A DNA stretch of 64,000 nucleotides, taken from contig CAVXRD010000002.1 of NCBI GenBank assembly GCA_963764165.1, positions 1,088,001-1,152,000 on the forward strand, read 5' to 3'. The notes beneath the pieces were generated by a model. That model was not told where the DNA came from. It was given only the letters and a program-made list of their open reading frames with translations, and did no database searches. The translations under genes and the position numbers were made by a program. The DNA comes from an uncultured Verrucomicrobiae bacterium (GTDB lineage: Bacteria; Verrucomicrobiota; Verrucomicrobiia; Limisphaerales; Palsa-1400). Every line of letters starts with the position of its first letter. Position 1 is the stretch's first letter. Shown piece after piece: positions 1 to 11,400 of this stretch.

Positions 1-121
1 ATAATTCAAATACACGAACGGCCATCGGAAATCAACGCCACGGGGACCAGCCCAAAGGGCAGGCGCCCAGGGAACAAAAGGTTCGACCGGCGCCGCGAAA
101 GCGTTACGATGGGTCATTGCT

Positions 122-1306
122 ATGAAGATGACAGGACTTTCCGGGAACGAAATTTACTGCTTGCGCTTGAAGGGGCTTGAGGCAGGTGAACTGTTGATCG
201 GCAACAGCGTCTATTCCATGGGCTTCCTCGGGGGCCTGGGCGCGAATTGGAGCGGCCTGATCGGCGGCGAGGTGAGGCAAGTCACCGACATTGTGGCCGA
301 GGGCCGGCGTCAATCATACGATCGCTTGATGGCCGAATCGCTGAAACACGGGGCGCACGGCGTGACCGGTGTCGTCAGCGATTTGCGCATGTTCAAGGGC
401 AACATTGAATTTCTTTCCGTGGCCTCGGCGGTGCAGGCGGCCAGCCAGCCGCCCACCAACCGAATCTTTTCGTCGAGCGCGGATGGCCAGGAGCTATACT
501 GTCAAATGGATGCGGGCTACACGCCGCTTAAATTCGCGTTCGGCAATGTGGCGTATTCCATGGGACTGGGCGGAGGCATCATGGGCGGGCTGAAGACATT
601 GGCCCGCGGCGAGATCAAGGAATACAGCGATGTCTTCAATCTCACGCGGCACCTGGCCCTGGGCCGCCTTGTGGAGGATGCGCGGGCGGCGGGGGCGAAC
701 TCGGTGGTGGGCATCGAGACGCGCATTCTGCCGTTCAAGGGCATGCACGAGATGTTCATGATGGGCACGGCCTCCTACAACCCGGAGCTGACCAAGATTT
801 CCAACGACGTCATGACCAGCGATCTGACGTGCCAGGAAATGTGGAACATGGCCAATCTCGGCTACATGCCGCTTAAGCTAGTCCTTGGGACGGCGGTGTA
901 TTCTCTTGGCGTGATGGGCGGGCTGAAATCGATTTTGAAGTCCTTTGCGCGGGGCGAGATCAACGAGCTTACGTCGATGATTTATGACGCGCGCGAGCAT
1001 GCCATCGGCCTGATTCGCGATGAAGCTGCCGCGCTGGGAGCCGACGAGGTGGTGGGAATTAAAACGCACATCCACGAGATTGGCGGAATGATCGAGTTCA
1101 TGGCGATTGGCACGGCGATGAAGCGAATTCCCGGCCTCACCACCCTCAGCCCGCAGCTTCCGCCCCAGGCGATCATCGCGGACAAGGACACGTGGATCAG
1201 CGCGGACGATATGTTTTACACCGCGGAATCGTCCGAGCGATCCAACGAAGGCGGCGGCGCAGTCGGGGGAGCTATGGAATTGCTGAAGGTGCTTGGCAGC
1301 CGGTAA
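122..1306 (+). CDS. Heavy-metal-binding/YbjQ (UPF0145)-like protein with three tandem YbjQ-type domains
   Basis: Three repeats of a G-x-x-V/A-YSxG...GEx-x-E...R-x-x-A...A-x-x-x-GA-x-x-VxG...F-x-x-x-GTA pattern typical of YbjQ. Confidence 0.75.
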   Translation: MKMTGLSGNEIYCLRLKGLEAGELLIGNSVYSMGFLGGLGANWSGLIGGEVRQVTDIVAEGRRQSYDRLMAESLKHGAHGVTGVVSDLRMFKGNIEFLSVASAVQAASQPPTNRIFSSSADGQELYCQMDAGYTPLKFAFGNVAYSMGLGGGIMGGLKTLARGEIKEYSDVFNLTRHLALGRLVEDARAAGANSVVGIETRILPFKGMHEMFMMGTASYNPELTKISNDVMTSDLTCQEMWNMANLGYMPLKLVLGTAVYSLGVMGGLKSILKSFARGEINELTSMIYDAREHAIGLIRDEAAALGADEVVGIKTHIHEIGGMIEFMAIGTAMKRIPGLTTLSPQLPPQAIIADKDTWISADDMFYTAESSERSNEGGGAVGGAMELLKVLGSR

Positions 1307-1568
1307 GGCCGCGCAAACCATTTGCGCAGCCTCACGGGACTCCGAGCGCGCAGCAAAGTCACCCTGCTCAATACCGACAGGATCGAATTGGCGCGATTCA
1401 TAACCTGCCATCGCGGCCAAATCCGTAGAACACCTGATTTCTCCGCATTCATAATCGAGCCATTCTTTCAATCGGACGTTCATTTGCGAATTCGAAAGAC
1501 ACATCTTTAAAACAGTAACGATTTTTGACTGCAATGCTCCCTGTTTATAGTCGACGCCATTAGATTTT

Positions 1569-3641
1569 ATGCCAACAGACCCCAGGATTGTTCTTTCCGC
1601 GGACGACGATGAAGACGCGCATTTCTTGCTTGCCAAAGCATTCCTAAAATCCAAGACCAATGCCGAACTCAAGCATGTCTATGACGGGACCCAGGCCCTG
1701 GCCTATTTGGATGGCGAAGGCGAATTTTCTGACCGAAGCAAGTTTCCCTTTCCAAATGTTTTGCTCCTGGATTTAAAGATGCCAAACCTCTCAGGGCTTG
1801 ATGTGCTGGAAAAGCTTGGCCATTCGAAAGACAAGCGATTGTTTTCGGTCATTGTCATGACGTCTTCCGAGAACACGACCGATCGGGAAGACGCGGAGAA
1901 GCTGGGCTGCGATGGATTTCTTGTCAAACCCACTGCGTTCAAGGTGCTCGTTGAGATGGTGAAATTGATTGTGGAGTCGCCTCAATCCTCGCATGGGGGC
2001 AAGCCTGAGGAAAGCGATGGAGCGGCAAGTGCGCATGAACTCCGCCAAACGCCTCCCAGCGTAGCAAAAGAAGAAAAACCGCCTGAACCTTTGGAGGAAA
2101 TATACAATTGTCTCAGCCACAACTCGAAGGGCGAAGAAGAGCGGGTTGAATCGCCGGAAGTTTTCAAATTGCTCGTTGAACAAATTCAGGATTACGCCAT
2201 TTTTCTGTTGAGCCCCAAAGGGATTGTTCGCTCATGGAATCAGGGGGCTCGGCGCATCAAGGGATACGAAGCGAGCGAAATCATCGGGGAGCATTTTTCG
2301 ATTTTCTATCCGCAATCCGATATCGAGGCAAAAAAGCCCGAAAACGAGCTGCGCATTGCCCAAGAAATGGGAAAATACGAGGAGGAAGGATGGCGCTTGC
2401 GAAAAGATGGATCGCGGCTCTGGGCCAGTGTGGTTCTGACGGCGCTGCGCGATGACAAAGGCAACGTGTGCGGATTTGCGAAAGTCACACGCGATCTGAC
2501 ACAGAAGAAATTGCAGGAAGACCAGCTGCGCCAATTGGTCGAAAGCGAAGAGAGATTTCGCCTGCTGGTTGAGCAGGTGAAAGATTACGCCATTTTCTTT
2601 TTGGATACGAGAGGATATGTCAGTTCATGGAACCAGGGAGCGCGGCGCATCAAGGGATACGAAGCCGACGAAATCATTGGAAAGCATTTCTCCACCTTTT
2701 ACACGGAGGCGGATTTGGCCACCGAGAAGCCAGCCCGGGAACTGGCGATCGCCATTCGAGAGGGCCGCTACGAAGAAGAGGGATGGCGCATTAAAAAGGA
2801 TCGAAGCCAGTTTTGGGCAAATGTCGTCATCACGGCGCTCTGGGATTCCCGCGGAAACTTGACGGGCTTTGCAAAAGTGTCGCGCGACCTGACCAAAAAG
2901 AAGAAAGCGGATGAGTCATTGAGGGCGCGCACCACGGAATTGGAGGCGTTCGCCCACACGCTCTCACACGACCTTCGAGCTCCCATTCGAACCATTGCCA
3001 GCTTTGCCGAATTGCTTGAAGAAGACGACGGAACGCTCGCGGAGGCGGATCGGAAAATGCACCTCCGAAGAATTAAGAAAGCCGCCGTCTCCGTCAATTC
3101 CTTGATCCACGACATTTTAAAGCTGAGCGAGGCGTCCCTGACAAAAACCGAAAGTGTCAGGTTTAACGTGGAAGAAGTCATTCGCGACGCTGTGCAACTT
3201 CAGGAAGGCGAGATTCTGGAACGCAAAGCTGTGATCAATATTCAGAAGGCCATGCCGTGGGTTTCACTGAATCGAACCGCGCTGCTGCAGATTTTTTCCA
3301 ATCTCATCGGCAACGCGCTTAAATTCTCCCGCCCCGGCGAGATTCCCAAGGTGGAGATTTTTTCGGTCCAGGTTGACGGAGGGTGCGAAATTCATGTGAA
3401 AGATTCCGGCATCGGCATTGCAAGGGAAAATCAACACGTCATTTTCAATGCCTTCTATCGCGCAAACCGAAATCCCGTGCAAAGCGGGAACGGAATTGGC
3501 CTATCCATCGTAAAACGTTGCGTTGAGCGCATTGGAGGAAGGATTTCTGTTTCTTCAGCCATCGGCGAGGGATCGAATTTTATCGTCCGACTGCCGGGCG
3601 AAAATCCCGAGCGGGCCCAAGCCACCGCCGTTGCGAAATAA
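1569..3641 (+). CDS. Hybrid sensor histidine kinase: N-terminal receiver, two PAS/PAC domains, HisKA and HATPase
   Basis: LLLDLKMP receiver; two WNQGARRIKGY..EIIG.HFS.FY PAS repeats; SHDLRAP H-box; NLIGNALKF, DSGIGI and GNGIGLSI boxes. Confidence 0.92.
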   Translation: MPTDPRIVLSADDDEDAHFLLAKAFLKSKTNAELKHVYDGTQALAYLDGEGEFSDRSKFPFPNVLLLDLKMPNLSGLDVLEKLGHSKDKRLFSVIVMTSSENTTDREDAEKLGCDGFLVKPTAFKVLVEMVKLIVESPQSSHGGKPEESDGAASAHELRQTPPSVAKEEKPPEPLEEIYNCLSHNSKGEEERVESPEVFKLLVEQIQDYAIFLLSPKGIVRSWNQGARRIKGYEASEIIGEHFSIFYPQSDIEAKKPENELRIAQEMGKYEEEGWRLRKDGSRLWASVVLTALRDDKGNVCGFAKVTRDLTQKKLQEDQLRQLVESEERFRLLVEQVKDYAIFFLDTRGYVSSWNQGARRIKGYEADEIIGKHFSTFYTEADLATEKPARELAIAIREGRYEEEGWRIKKDRSQFWANVVITALWDSRGNLTGFAKVSRDLTKKKKADESLRARTTELEAFAHTLSHDLRAPIRTIASFAELLEEDDGTLAEADRKMHLRRIKKAAVSVNSLIHDILKLSEASLTKTESVRFNVEEVIRDAVQLQEGEILERKAVINIQKAMPWVSLNRTALLQIFSNLIGNALKFSRPGEIPKVEIFSVQVDGGCEIHVKDSGIGIARENQHVIFNAFYRANRNPVQSGNGIGLSIVKRCVERIGGRISVSSAIGEGSNFIVRLPGENPERAQATAVAK

Positions 3642-4868
3642 CTATTGTGAATCACGGCGCGAGTGAAGGCTCTCCGGCATTGCAAAGCAGAGAATCGCCA
3701 GTGCGGCAGCCGCGACGCCGCCAAGGAAAAGAATTCCGGCGTTGAAGCTGTAGTGGTGGACGATCGCCCCCGCGATGAACTGGCTTAGCGACGCGCCAAT
3801 GCCGACGGCGCAATTGATCGCGCCCAAAGTCACATTGAAACGGCCCGTCCCTGCCGTCAAATCCGCGACCACGAGAACGGAGACAACGCCGAAAATTCCT
3901 GCCCCAATTCCATCGAGAATTTGAATCGCAATCAAAGCGGTGGCGTTATGGGTCAACGTATATAAAACGGCTCGAACCGGCAGAACCCCGAAGCCAATGA
4001 GAAGCAGCGGCTTGCGGCCCCATTCGCCTGCTTTCTTTCCCGTCCACGACGCGATCAAGGTGATGACAAGCTGCGTGGTTACAACGCATGCCGACATGAA
4101 CATCATCGACGATTTTCCTTTTCCCTTGGCCAGTGTTTCGCCCAGCAGCGGCAGCATGGCCGCGTTGGCAAAGTGGAACATCACCGAGCACGCGAGGAAG
4201 ATGAACAGCGGCCTGTCTTTCAGCATTTCACGCAGAGTCGCCGGCTCGCCCTCCTTCTCAGAAGTGCCGGCGCCGCGCGCCAGGTCGTAATTTATTTCTT
4301 CGCTCCGAATCGCCCTGAGCGCCAGCGCGGTTGGAGCCGCGCAAGCTGCGACAAAGAAAAAGACGCTTTGATTTGAAACAAAGTAGCCGAGCAGGCCCAT
4401 GGAGACGGCGGCAAAAACATTCCCGCCGGAATTGAAAGCCTGGTTGCGCCCTTGCCGCGTGTCGAATGCGGCGTGGCCGACAAGCCCAAGCGAAATGGCG
4501 CAGATCGCCGGAATGAAAACACTGGAAGTTCCACCGATGAGGACCTGGGCGAGCATCACGCTCCAAAAGGCTGGCAGCAGGGCAATCAGCAGCGCCCCCA
4601 GCGCCAGGGACACCAACCCGCCTGCAATCAATGCGCGCTTCGCTTTCAATCGATCCACCAGCGCTCCGGCTGGCGTTTGGGTGAGGATTCCCGCAATGCC
4701 TCCCACCGTCAGGGCGACGCCCACGCTTTGCTCATTCCATCCGCGAGCGGCAAGGTATATGGCGAGGAATGGGCCAACGCCAGTTTGCACATCCGCGAGA
4801 AAAAAATTCAGCCAATCCAGACCCCGAAGTGTTCGCGCTGAGGTGCTTGTTGCGCTTGAGTCCGGCAT
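3642..4868 (-). CDS. MFS transporter
   Basis: About 12 hydrophobic segments, GALVDRLKAKR motif A, LNFFLADVQTGVGPF N-terminus; start placed at ATG 4868 (track start 4937 overlaps the next gene). Confidence 0.88.
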   Translation of the reverse strand: MPDSSATSTSARTLRGLDWLNFFLADVQTGVGPFLAIYLAARGWNEQSVGVALTVGGIAGILTQTPAGALVDRLKAKRALIAGGLVSLALGALLIALLPAFWSVMLAQVLIGGTSSVFIPAICAISLGLVGHAAFDTRQGRNQAFNSGGNVFAAVSMGLLGYFVSNQSVFFFVAACAAPTALALRAIRSEEINYDLARGAGTSEKEGEPATLREMLKDRPLFIFLACSVMFHFANAAMLPLLGETLAKGKGKSSMMFMSACVVTTQLVITLIASWTGKKAGEWGRKPLLLIGFGVLPVRAVLYTLTHNATALIAIQILDGIGAGIFGVVSVLVVADLTAGTGRFNVTLGAINCAVGIGASLSQFIAGAIVHHYSFNAGILFLGGVAAAALAILCFAMPESLHSRRDSQ

Positions 4869-4893
4869 GTCGAAAAGCGGAATGATCCGCCGG

Positions 4894-5250
4894 TCAGGTC
4901 CGCATATAATCCACGGCGTCCTTTTGAGACCAGCCATTGGAAATCGGACGGGGCGCAGGCACCGAGAAATAAGGCCGGGTTGGAACCTTCGGCATATGCG
5001 GAAGCAATGGCGTCTCCTTCAACGCCGGGCGGGAAGGTATCGCCGCATCAGAAGAAGCCGAGAACGCGACCACAAAGTTATCATTGTCAAACGCCACCCC
5101 ATCTTCGAACCAGCCAATGTGATGCCCGCGAAGAGAATACAAGCGATGCCCGTTTACCCAGCCAATGGCCTTTCCGCGAACATCGCGGACAACGTCTTCA
5201 TCGATGATGAGACGGGCGGAACCCGAGTGATCAAACAACCATTCAGCCAT
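4894..5250 (-). CDS. Small beta-repeat protein resembling the '4-fold beta flower' family
   Basis: MAEWLFDHSG...GKAIGWV...YSLRGHHIGWF repeats and a Pro-rich tail; real start ATG 5250 lies within track ORF 4894..5673. Confidence 0.6.
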   Translation of the reverse strand: MAEWLFDHSGSARLIIDEDVVRDVRGKAIGWVNGHRLYSLRGHHIGWFEDGVAFDNDNFVVAFSASSDAAIPSRPALKETPLLPHMPKVPTRPYFSVPAPRPISNGWSQKDAVDYMRT

Positions 5251-5338
5251 ATTGTATTGTTGATATAACTCATTAATTTGGAGGGTGATCATCTTTTGCA
5301 CGGAAGAAAAAAACGCGCAAGCCGGAATTATAAATATT

Positions 5339-6319
5339 TCACTTTTTCCTGGGTCTCCATTCAACCTTGGGCGGTTCGGGGAGTCCTTGCGCGCGGAGGG
5401 CGGTGCGGAAATGAATTTTGCCGACTGCAGCCAGGGCCGCTGCGCCGCGCTTGGCCACAAACTCTTTCGCAACGGCGTCGACGTTGACCCCGGCGCCCTT
5501 TGGAAATTCCATCTCGTATTCGCGTCCCAATTTTGCCAGCCGCGACACAAATTCGTTGCGGGCCAGGATCGAGGCTGCCGCGACGACGAGATCTTCTTCC
5601 GCCCGATGGCGCTGCACCAATTCAATGCTGCGCCCGAGCGGCATGAGCGCCTTGGCCACCGTCTCCTTCTCATGCGCGAATTGATCGCTGATGGCGCGCA
5701 CGGGCGGCGGGCTCATCTGATATTTGACACCCATCAGGTTTTCAATCGCCCGCGCGTGGCCCCAGGCCAGCACGCGATTGACGCTTTTCATCGTTGAATA
5801 AAGCCGGTTGTAAGCGGCGTTGCCGATGGGCACGACACTGTAAACGCAGCCCGGCGTCTCACGGATCATCTGCGCCAGTTCAGCAATGCGCCGGTCGCCG
5901 CCGATTTTTTTGGAATCGCGCACGCCCGCTTTTTTCCAAATGGGAACGATGCTGGCGTTCAAATAAACTGCGGCGATGCACAGCGGCCCAAAAAAATCGC
6001 CCTTGCCGCTTTCGTCCACGCCGATGCGCGCGTCCAGCAACTCTGGATTCAAGACCGTTTCGTAACCCAGCTTGACCTCCTGCAAAATTTTCGGCTCCAG
6101 CACGAACTCGACAAAATCCTGCGTCCCTTTTCCCTGCACAACGAGCTTGCCGCTTTGGTAAAAAACGACATTCGTCTTTTCCTTTTCCGCGGCGAAACGG
6201 GCGTAGGGCACTTCGCGAAATTTGAAATCATTTTCGCGCAAATGCTTTTCCAGCGACGCCGCCTGGGCGTCGGACAATTTGCAGGTATGAATGGTCAGCG
6301 GTTGCACCAGCAAAGGCAT
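5339..6319 (-). CDS. rnhC: Ribonuclease HIII
   Basis: N-terminal TBP-like domain (YQSGKLVVQGK), GVDESGKGDFFGPL, DSKK, VAAASILAR, KIHF. Confidence 0.93.
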   Translation of the reverse strand: MPLLVQPLTIHTCKLSDAQAASLEKHLRENDFKFREVPYARFAAEKEKTNVVFYQSGKLVVQGKGTQDFVEFVLEPKILQEVKLGYETVLNPELLDARIGVDESGKGDFFGPLCIAAVYLNASIVPIWKKAGVRDSKKIGGDRRIAELAQMIRETPGCVYSVVPIGNAAYNRLYSTMKSVNRVLAWGHARAIENLMGVKYQMSPPPVRAISDQFAHEKETVAKALMPLGRSIELVQRHRAEEDLVVAAASILARNEFVSRLAKLGREYEMEFPKGAGVNVDAVAKEFVAKRGAAALAAVGKIHFRTALRAQGLPEPPKVEWRPRKK

Positions 6320-6636
6320 AATCCCAACCGCGGCGGAAAGAAATCATTTTGCGGAGAATCAGATGCGCAAAGGCGCGTCTCAGTTCCGGCCGCCCGGCCC
6401 GAAATAGCGAAATTCCCCGGTATATGCGGTGCGATGGTCCGGTCGATGTTAGCATTACGGAATATATGCATTTCCCGACCAAGTTTGGACTCACCATGGC
6501 CTAAACATGCACTAACATGTCCCGCCGCCAAACCGATTTCCGGTTGAGTTACCAAGACTGGCACAATAAATGGTTAAGCTTACGCGAACGCAAATGTGAA
6601 ACGGCTGTCGTGAGCTGACAGGCAAATATTCAACTA

Positions 6637-7362
6637 ATGAGAATTAAATCAAATTTATTGTGCGGTATTGTCGGAACAACAGCGCTGATCGCTTCCCCGA
6701 GTGCTTTTGCGTCTTTTATTGGAACGGGTTCGCTGTATATTACAGCCCCGGGTTACTTCGCGACTGGCGATCAGGCGGGGCCCTATTCGGTTTCCTCCTT
6801 GACGCCATTGACCGGCGCAAATCCCGGCAGCAGCTTCACCACGTTCTGCCTGGGCAGCCAGGTGGATTATTATCCAGGCACAACTTACAATTACCAAATC
6901 AGCGACTCTGTTCAGCCCACCAGCGGGGTTGGCGCTCCCGGCTACGTGACTTGGGGCACTGCCTGGCTCTATAGCCAGTACAGGGACGGCTTGCTTGGTG
7001 GCGGCGCGGGAGTAAATAATCCAGCCAACGACGCCCTTCAGGAAGCTTTTTGGACCTTGCAAAACCAAAGTCTCTCAGGCGTCTATTTTACGCCAGACCA
7101 GACCGCTTACAGCAATTACTTGAGTGAGGCGTCAGCGGCGGCGGCGGCAGCACATCTCAGCAGCGACGAAGTCGACGCCAACGGAGCCTTCGGAGTTTAT
7201 GCCCTTAATTTGTGTTCGGGCAGTGGAAACAACATCAATTATTACCAGCCTCAACTGTGCATGGTCCCCGTGCCCGAGCCATCGACATACGTCGCTGGTG
7301 CGATGATGTTGCTGCCCTTCGGAGCGAGCGCACTGCGCATCGTTCGCAAGCGATTGGCCTAG
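6637..7362 (+). CDS. PEP-CTERM-type exosortase substrate (verrucomicrobial variant)
   Basis: Signal peptide, FTTFC motif, C-terminal VPEPSTYVAGAMMLLPFGASALRIVRKR. Confidence 0.85.
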   Translation: MRIKSNLLCGIVGTTALIASPSAFASFIGTGSLYITAPGYFATGDQAGPYSVSSLTPLTGANPGSSFTTFCLGSQVDYYPGTTYNYQISDSVQPTSGVGAPGYVTWGTAWLYSQYRDGLLGGGAGVNNPANDALQEAFWTLQNQSLSGVYFTPDQTAYSNYLSEASAAAAAAHLSSDEVDANGAFGVYALNLCSGSGNNINYYQPQLCMVPVPEPSTYVAGAMMLLPFGASALRIVRKRLA

Positions 7363-7539
7363 TCGACTGGCCAAACAGAAATCAACGCGTTGGCGCCATG
7401 TTTGATTGAGCCGGCACAACGCGGTCTGCCTCTGCCTCGCAGTGATTCTGAAAAAGGGCAATTTGTGATTATGTTGGTCTGACAACTCGTGAGTCAGCTG
7501 CCTGAATGATCGAAGGCTAAGATCGAACTTGAATTTATG

Positions 7540-8376
7540 CTAGTTGTCGTCTGGGTACTTTAATTTGATCGGCTGAAGTACCGCGTAATCAACATGTTGT
7601 CCTTCTCGAAGTGCGAAACGATTTCCGCTGGAGCCACTGGAAGGAGGTGCGGCAGAGATAATCTTTATGTCGGAGGGAATCGGACCATTCGCGGGCCTAT
7701 TATGAGCCTTAGCATACTGATCGACATTAATCAATCTGGCCGCCACGACCCAGTCGTGGACAGCTTCTCCTTGGTCTGCGTAGACGTTTCCTTTTGCTCC
7801 AAAAGCGGGCGACGACCCGCTTGCATTTGCACTCTCCTTCGCAGCGTAAGTGGTGGTGACGGTCGAAATGTACAGATCCGAGAGCCAGTACCGCGGGACA
7901 GAGCTACTTGTTGCTGCCAAGGCGAAGATTTGATCATCTGGAATCTGGGCAGGAGGCACGTATGCGTGGATCGCATCGACAATGTCGATTTCTGCCGCTT
8001 GAGACGCAGATAAACTCGCAGCAACAGTCAAATAGTTGCCTTCGACAGACGCACCACTGTCAATTTTTGAAGTGTAAACGCTTCCATCCTTCAAAGCAGC
8101 GACAACTGGCACCGAACCAGCGGCGAGCATCGGTTTGCCAATTATGTGATACTCATTATTTGCATCTGGGGCAATAATCAGGCCAATGTTCGATGCTGGA
8201 TCCATTCGGAATTCGACACTGTTTTTGAGCACCGTGCGATAACGAAAGTCATCAGGAGTTCTCTTATTCAGTGTGACGTCGCTGAACGTTACGCCGCATC
8301 CGCACAATGCCACTCCTCCGATAGTGGCCAAAATGTTCAAAACTAATCTTAGCATGCCGCAAGGTAATGAAGTCAT
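7540..8376 (-). CDS. Hypothetical lipoprotein
   Basis: 278-aa ORF with hydrophobic N-terminus and lipobox-like ALCGC; codon usage looks atypical for the window. Confidence 0.6.
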   Translation of the reverse strand: MTSLPCGMLRLVLNILATIGGVALCGCGVTFSDVTLNKRTPDDFRYRTVLKNSVEFRMDPASNIGLIIAPDANNEYHIIGKPMLAAGSVPVVAALKDGSVYTSKIDSGASVEGNYLTVAASLSASQAAEIDIVDAIHAYVPPAQIPDDQIFALAATSSSVPRYWLSDLYISTVTTTYAAKESANASGSSPAFGAKGNVYADQGEAVHDWVVAARLINVDQYAKAHNRPANGPIPSDIKIISAAPPSSGSSGNRFALREGQHVDYAVLQPIKLKYPDDN

Positions 8377-8483
8377 GCTGTATTCTAATGCCAGAAACAG
8401 AATGCCTTGTCAAATTATTTTTGCTTCGACCGTAATTTGCGTCGCTGGCGGTCGTCGTTAGTCTGTCAACCTTTTCGCGCCTC

Positions 8484-11400
8484 TTATTGTGGTAGCAGTG
8501 TAAAAAACTGTGCCCCAAGGATTGTATTAACTGTCGTTGTGTAGTTGGTTCCGCTGATGGTGATGCCCGCCGTTACGGGTGTCCACGCAGTCGGGGGCGC
8601 GAGATTTATTGTCTGATTTAGCGCGAAACCGGCGGCGTTGGTTGGCCAGTAGAGGGTCATGGTGCCTGGGCCGGACACGTAGCTCAATAAGGTTGGCGGC
8701 GTGATTATCGTGGAGAGCGCGAGGACCCCGGCGGGGTCTGCTTGGGTGCCTGACGCAGAGGGAGTGATCGTGACGGTCCAGCCGTTGCCGGAATTGATGG
8801 TGTTTACGGTGTAGAAGCCGTTCGTGGCGCAGCCTGTGATGAATTCCTGGGTCACGTTGGCGGGGACGGAGAACGTCGTTCCAGTGAAGGGCGTGGTGGA
8901 GTCCACTGTGAACAGCACGGCGGTGTTTCCGATGATTGCGCCGTCCATTGGCGTGCCACTCGTGCTGTGGATCAAGGTTGCGCTCTCGGCTTGCACACCA
9001 GCGTTTGCGCCTTGGAAGACGTGCAGGAATCGCTCGTTGACGGGGTTGTTTGAATCCTGGATCACGACGCGGTAATGGCAGGGTTCCTGGTCGGCAACGG
9101 TCGTCAGAAGGCCGTCGATTGAACTGGGCGTGATTGTCGCGCCGGACGGCAATAACGAGGTGATGTAGAGGTTCTGGCCACCGGGTGTAACGGTGGTAAC
9201 GACGTTGCCGTTCACTTTGGGTGACGTTGGGAATGTCAAATTGAATTCTTTGAACAGGCCGGCCGTGTGCGTCGCGGCGCGGTCGTAGGTGACGATGTAG
9301 TCTGGCTTGAGCCAGATGATCGACCGGCTGGCGTGCTGGATGTCGAGAGCCGCGTCGGGCGGGCTCCAATAATCCGGGCGGTTGTAGAGTTGGGTCGTGT
9401 CGCCGTAGGCGTAGTCGTAATTGGTCTGGACGCTGGCGTAGGTTATCGGGTCGCCATTATTGATCGCGAGAGGCCATTGCGATCCGTTGGTCCACCAGGT
9501 GATTTCCCAATCGATGTTGCCCGGGGTGCCGTTCGAGCACCAATTGTGCAACGTCAGGGTGTTATGGTAATCGGAGGATTGGCCGTTGTCGTTGTTATCA
9601 TAGTTGGCGACGCCTTTGGTCAGCCATTCGCCGTTGCGGTAGAATTCGAACTGGTTGGCATCGCCTTGCTGGTGGTTGATGGATTCCCAACTGCAACGGA
9701 AATCAAACATCGTCGCGTTCGACGCCCAACTTGTGCGGTCGACAAGGCGGCCCTGGCCCGCATCATAGAATGAGGTAGAGTAGCCCGGGCGCGGATCGGT
9801 CGTGGTGGCAGAAGGATCGAGCAGCATGTATAGGAAGATGGAATCCTGGACGCCCCAAGTCCACGGATCCGTAACGCGGGTTAGCAAACTGGGAGCGCCG
9901 CCTTCCACGGCGTTGATGGAAAACCACCGTTCCGCATTCTGCCGGGATAGATCGTTGTTTTGGCGATCCAGCAGGCTTAACGAGCCGAACACCGTCACTT
10001 GGTCGGGCGTGGAAAACATGCGGAGAATGTCGCCGTAGCTGGCGAATTCGTAGATGGGGCCGAGATAGCTTTCATCGGCGGGAATTTGCTGCGCGGGAAC
10101 CAGAGACGAGATGAAGCCCGTCACAAATCGCGACCAAACCGGAGCGCTCACCAGCGCCACTTGCGGGCCGGAAATGGCCGGATCGGCAAAGCCAGCCGTC
10201 TTGAGCGCGAGCAATTCTTCAACAATTGAGCGGACGGAATCGCCATAAAGCATGCCCTCCGGCGGAAGTCCGCCGCTCGCGAGGCCCACGACGGCGTTGG
10301 TAGGAAGCGCGTAGGCGGCTCGAACCACGTCCGGATCCCCAAACATCGCGAACTGCTGGTAAAGCCATGCGCCGGTCACGTCAAGAATATAGCTGCGAAG
10401 CGTGTTGCCAAGCTGAGCGGGCGGCGAATTCGTGTTTAGCGAAGGATCATCTGCAGGATCAATGGCGAGTGACATCAATGTCATCAGGCGCGCGTGGGCC
10501 TGATAGTAATTGTTGGCCGCCATGCGGTAAGCATTGCCTCCCGGAAGCAGGACAGGATTATTCATGACACCGACTTGCGGAGGGCTGTCGCCGCCAGTGG
10601 TGGAGGCTGTCAAACATTCACTGGCCCAGATTAAAAAGACATTGCGGATGGTCGCTTTGTCCTGGGCGGAGAAAATAAGCTGGCCGGAGGCATTGGTGGC
10701 ATCGTAAAGCCAGTCCAGCGTGAGCGGCCAGCTTTCTGACCCGGAGCTGGCGCGGTTGTAAATGGGGAACGTGGGATCCCGGAACGGCGCGCCGGACAAC
10801 GGGCCGAGGACGGCCTGATTCATCGCATACATCATGAGGTTATGCGCATATTGGGCGTACTCAATGCGGTTTGCGGGGCTGGGATCAATCAGCGCGTTGA
10901 AAGCAAATACCATCATATACTGTTCGCTGATCAGGCCGGTGTAGCCTTGAGAGTCACCCTGATCGGGATAGTTCGAATTTGGCGCGCCTCCCGGAAAGAA
11001 TTGGGTTTGGTAGTCACTCACACACTGGCTTAACAGCGGCAGCATGCCTTGGTGATAGATCGGATTGGTCGCCACGGCCCAGCTTTGCAGCCGGGGCAAA
11101 TCGGCGGGCGTAATCCAGAGGCGCGGATGATTCGTGACCGGCTGCGGAACGTTCGTGACGGCGGGCGGCGCGAACGCGTAGGTGGCGGTCACTGTGACGT
11201 TGTTGGAAGGCATGACCAAAGTTGTATTTGACGCAGTAGCATTGGCAACGACCGCCCCGGACCAACTGCCAAAAATCTGGCCCACGGGCGCTGGATCGGC
11301 CGATATGGAAACGGTTGTATTCGCGGTGAAGTTCCCGCTCCCTGTGCCATTCACCACCAGCAACGAATAGGTCGGGGCAGGCAGTCCGAAATTGGCGGTC

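Noticed and set aside
6558..6574. Sigma-54 promoter before the PEP-CTERM gene (CTGGCAC-AATAA-ATGGT)
   Set aside because: The -24 box is good but the -12 GC is missing; too weak to call.
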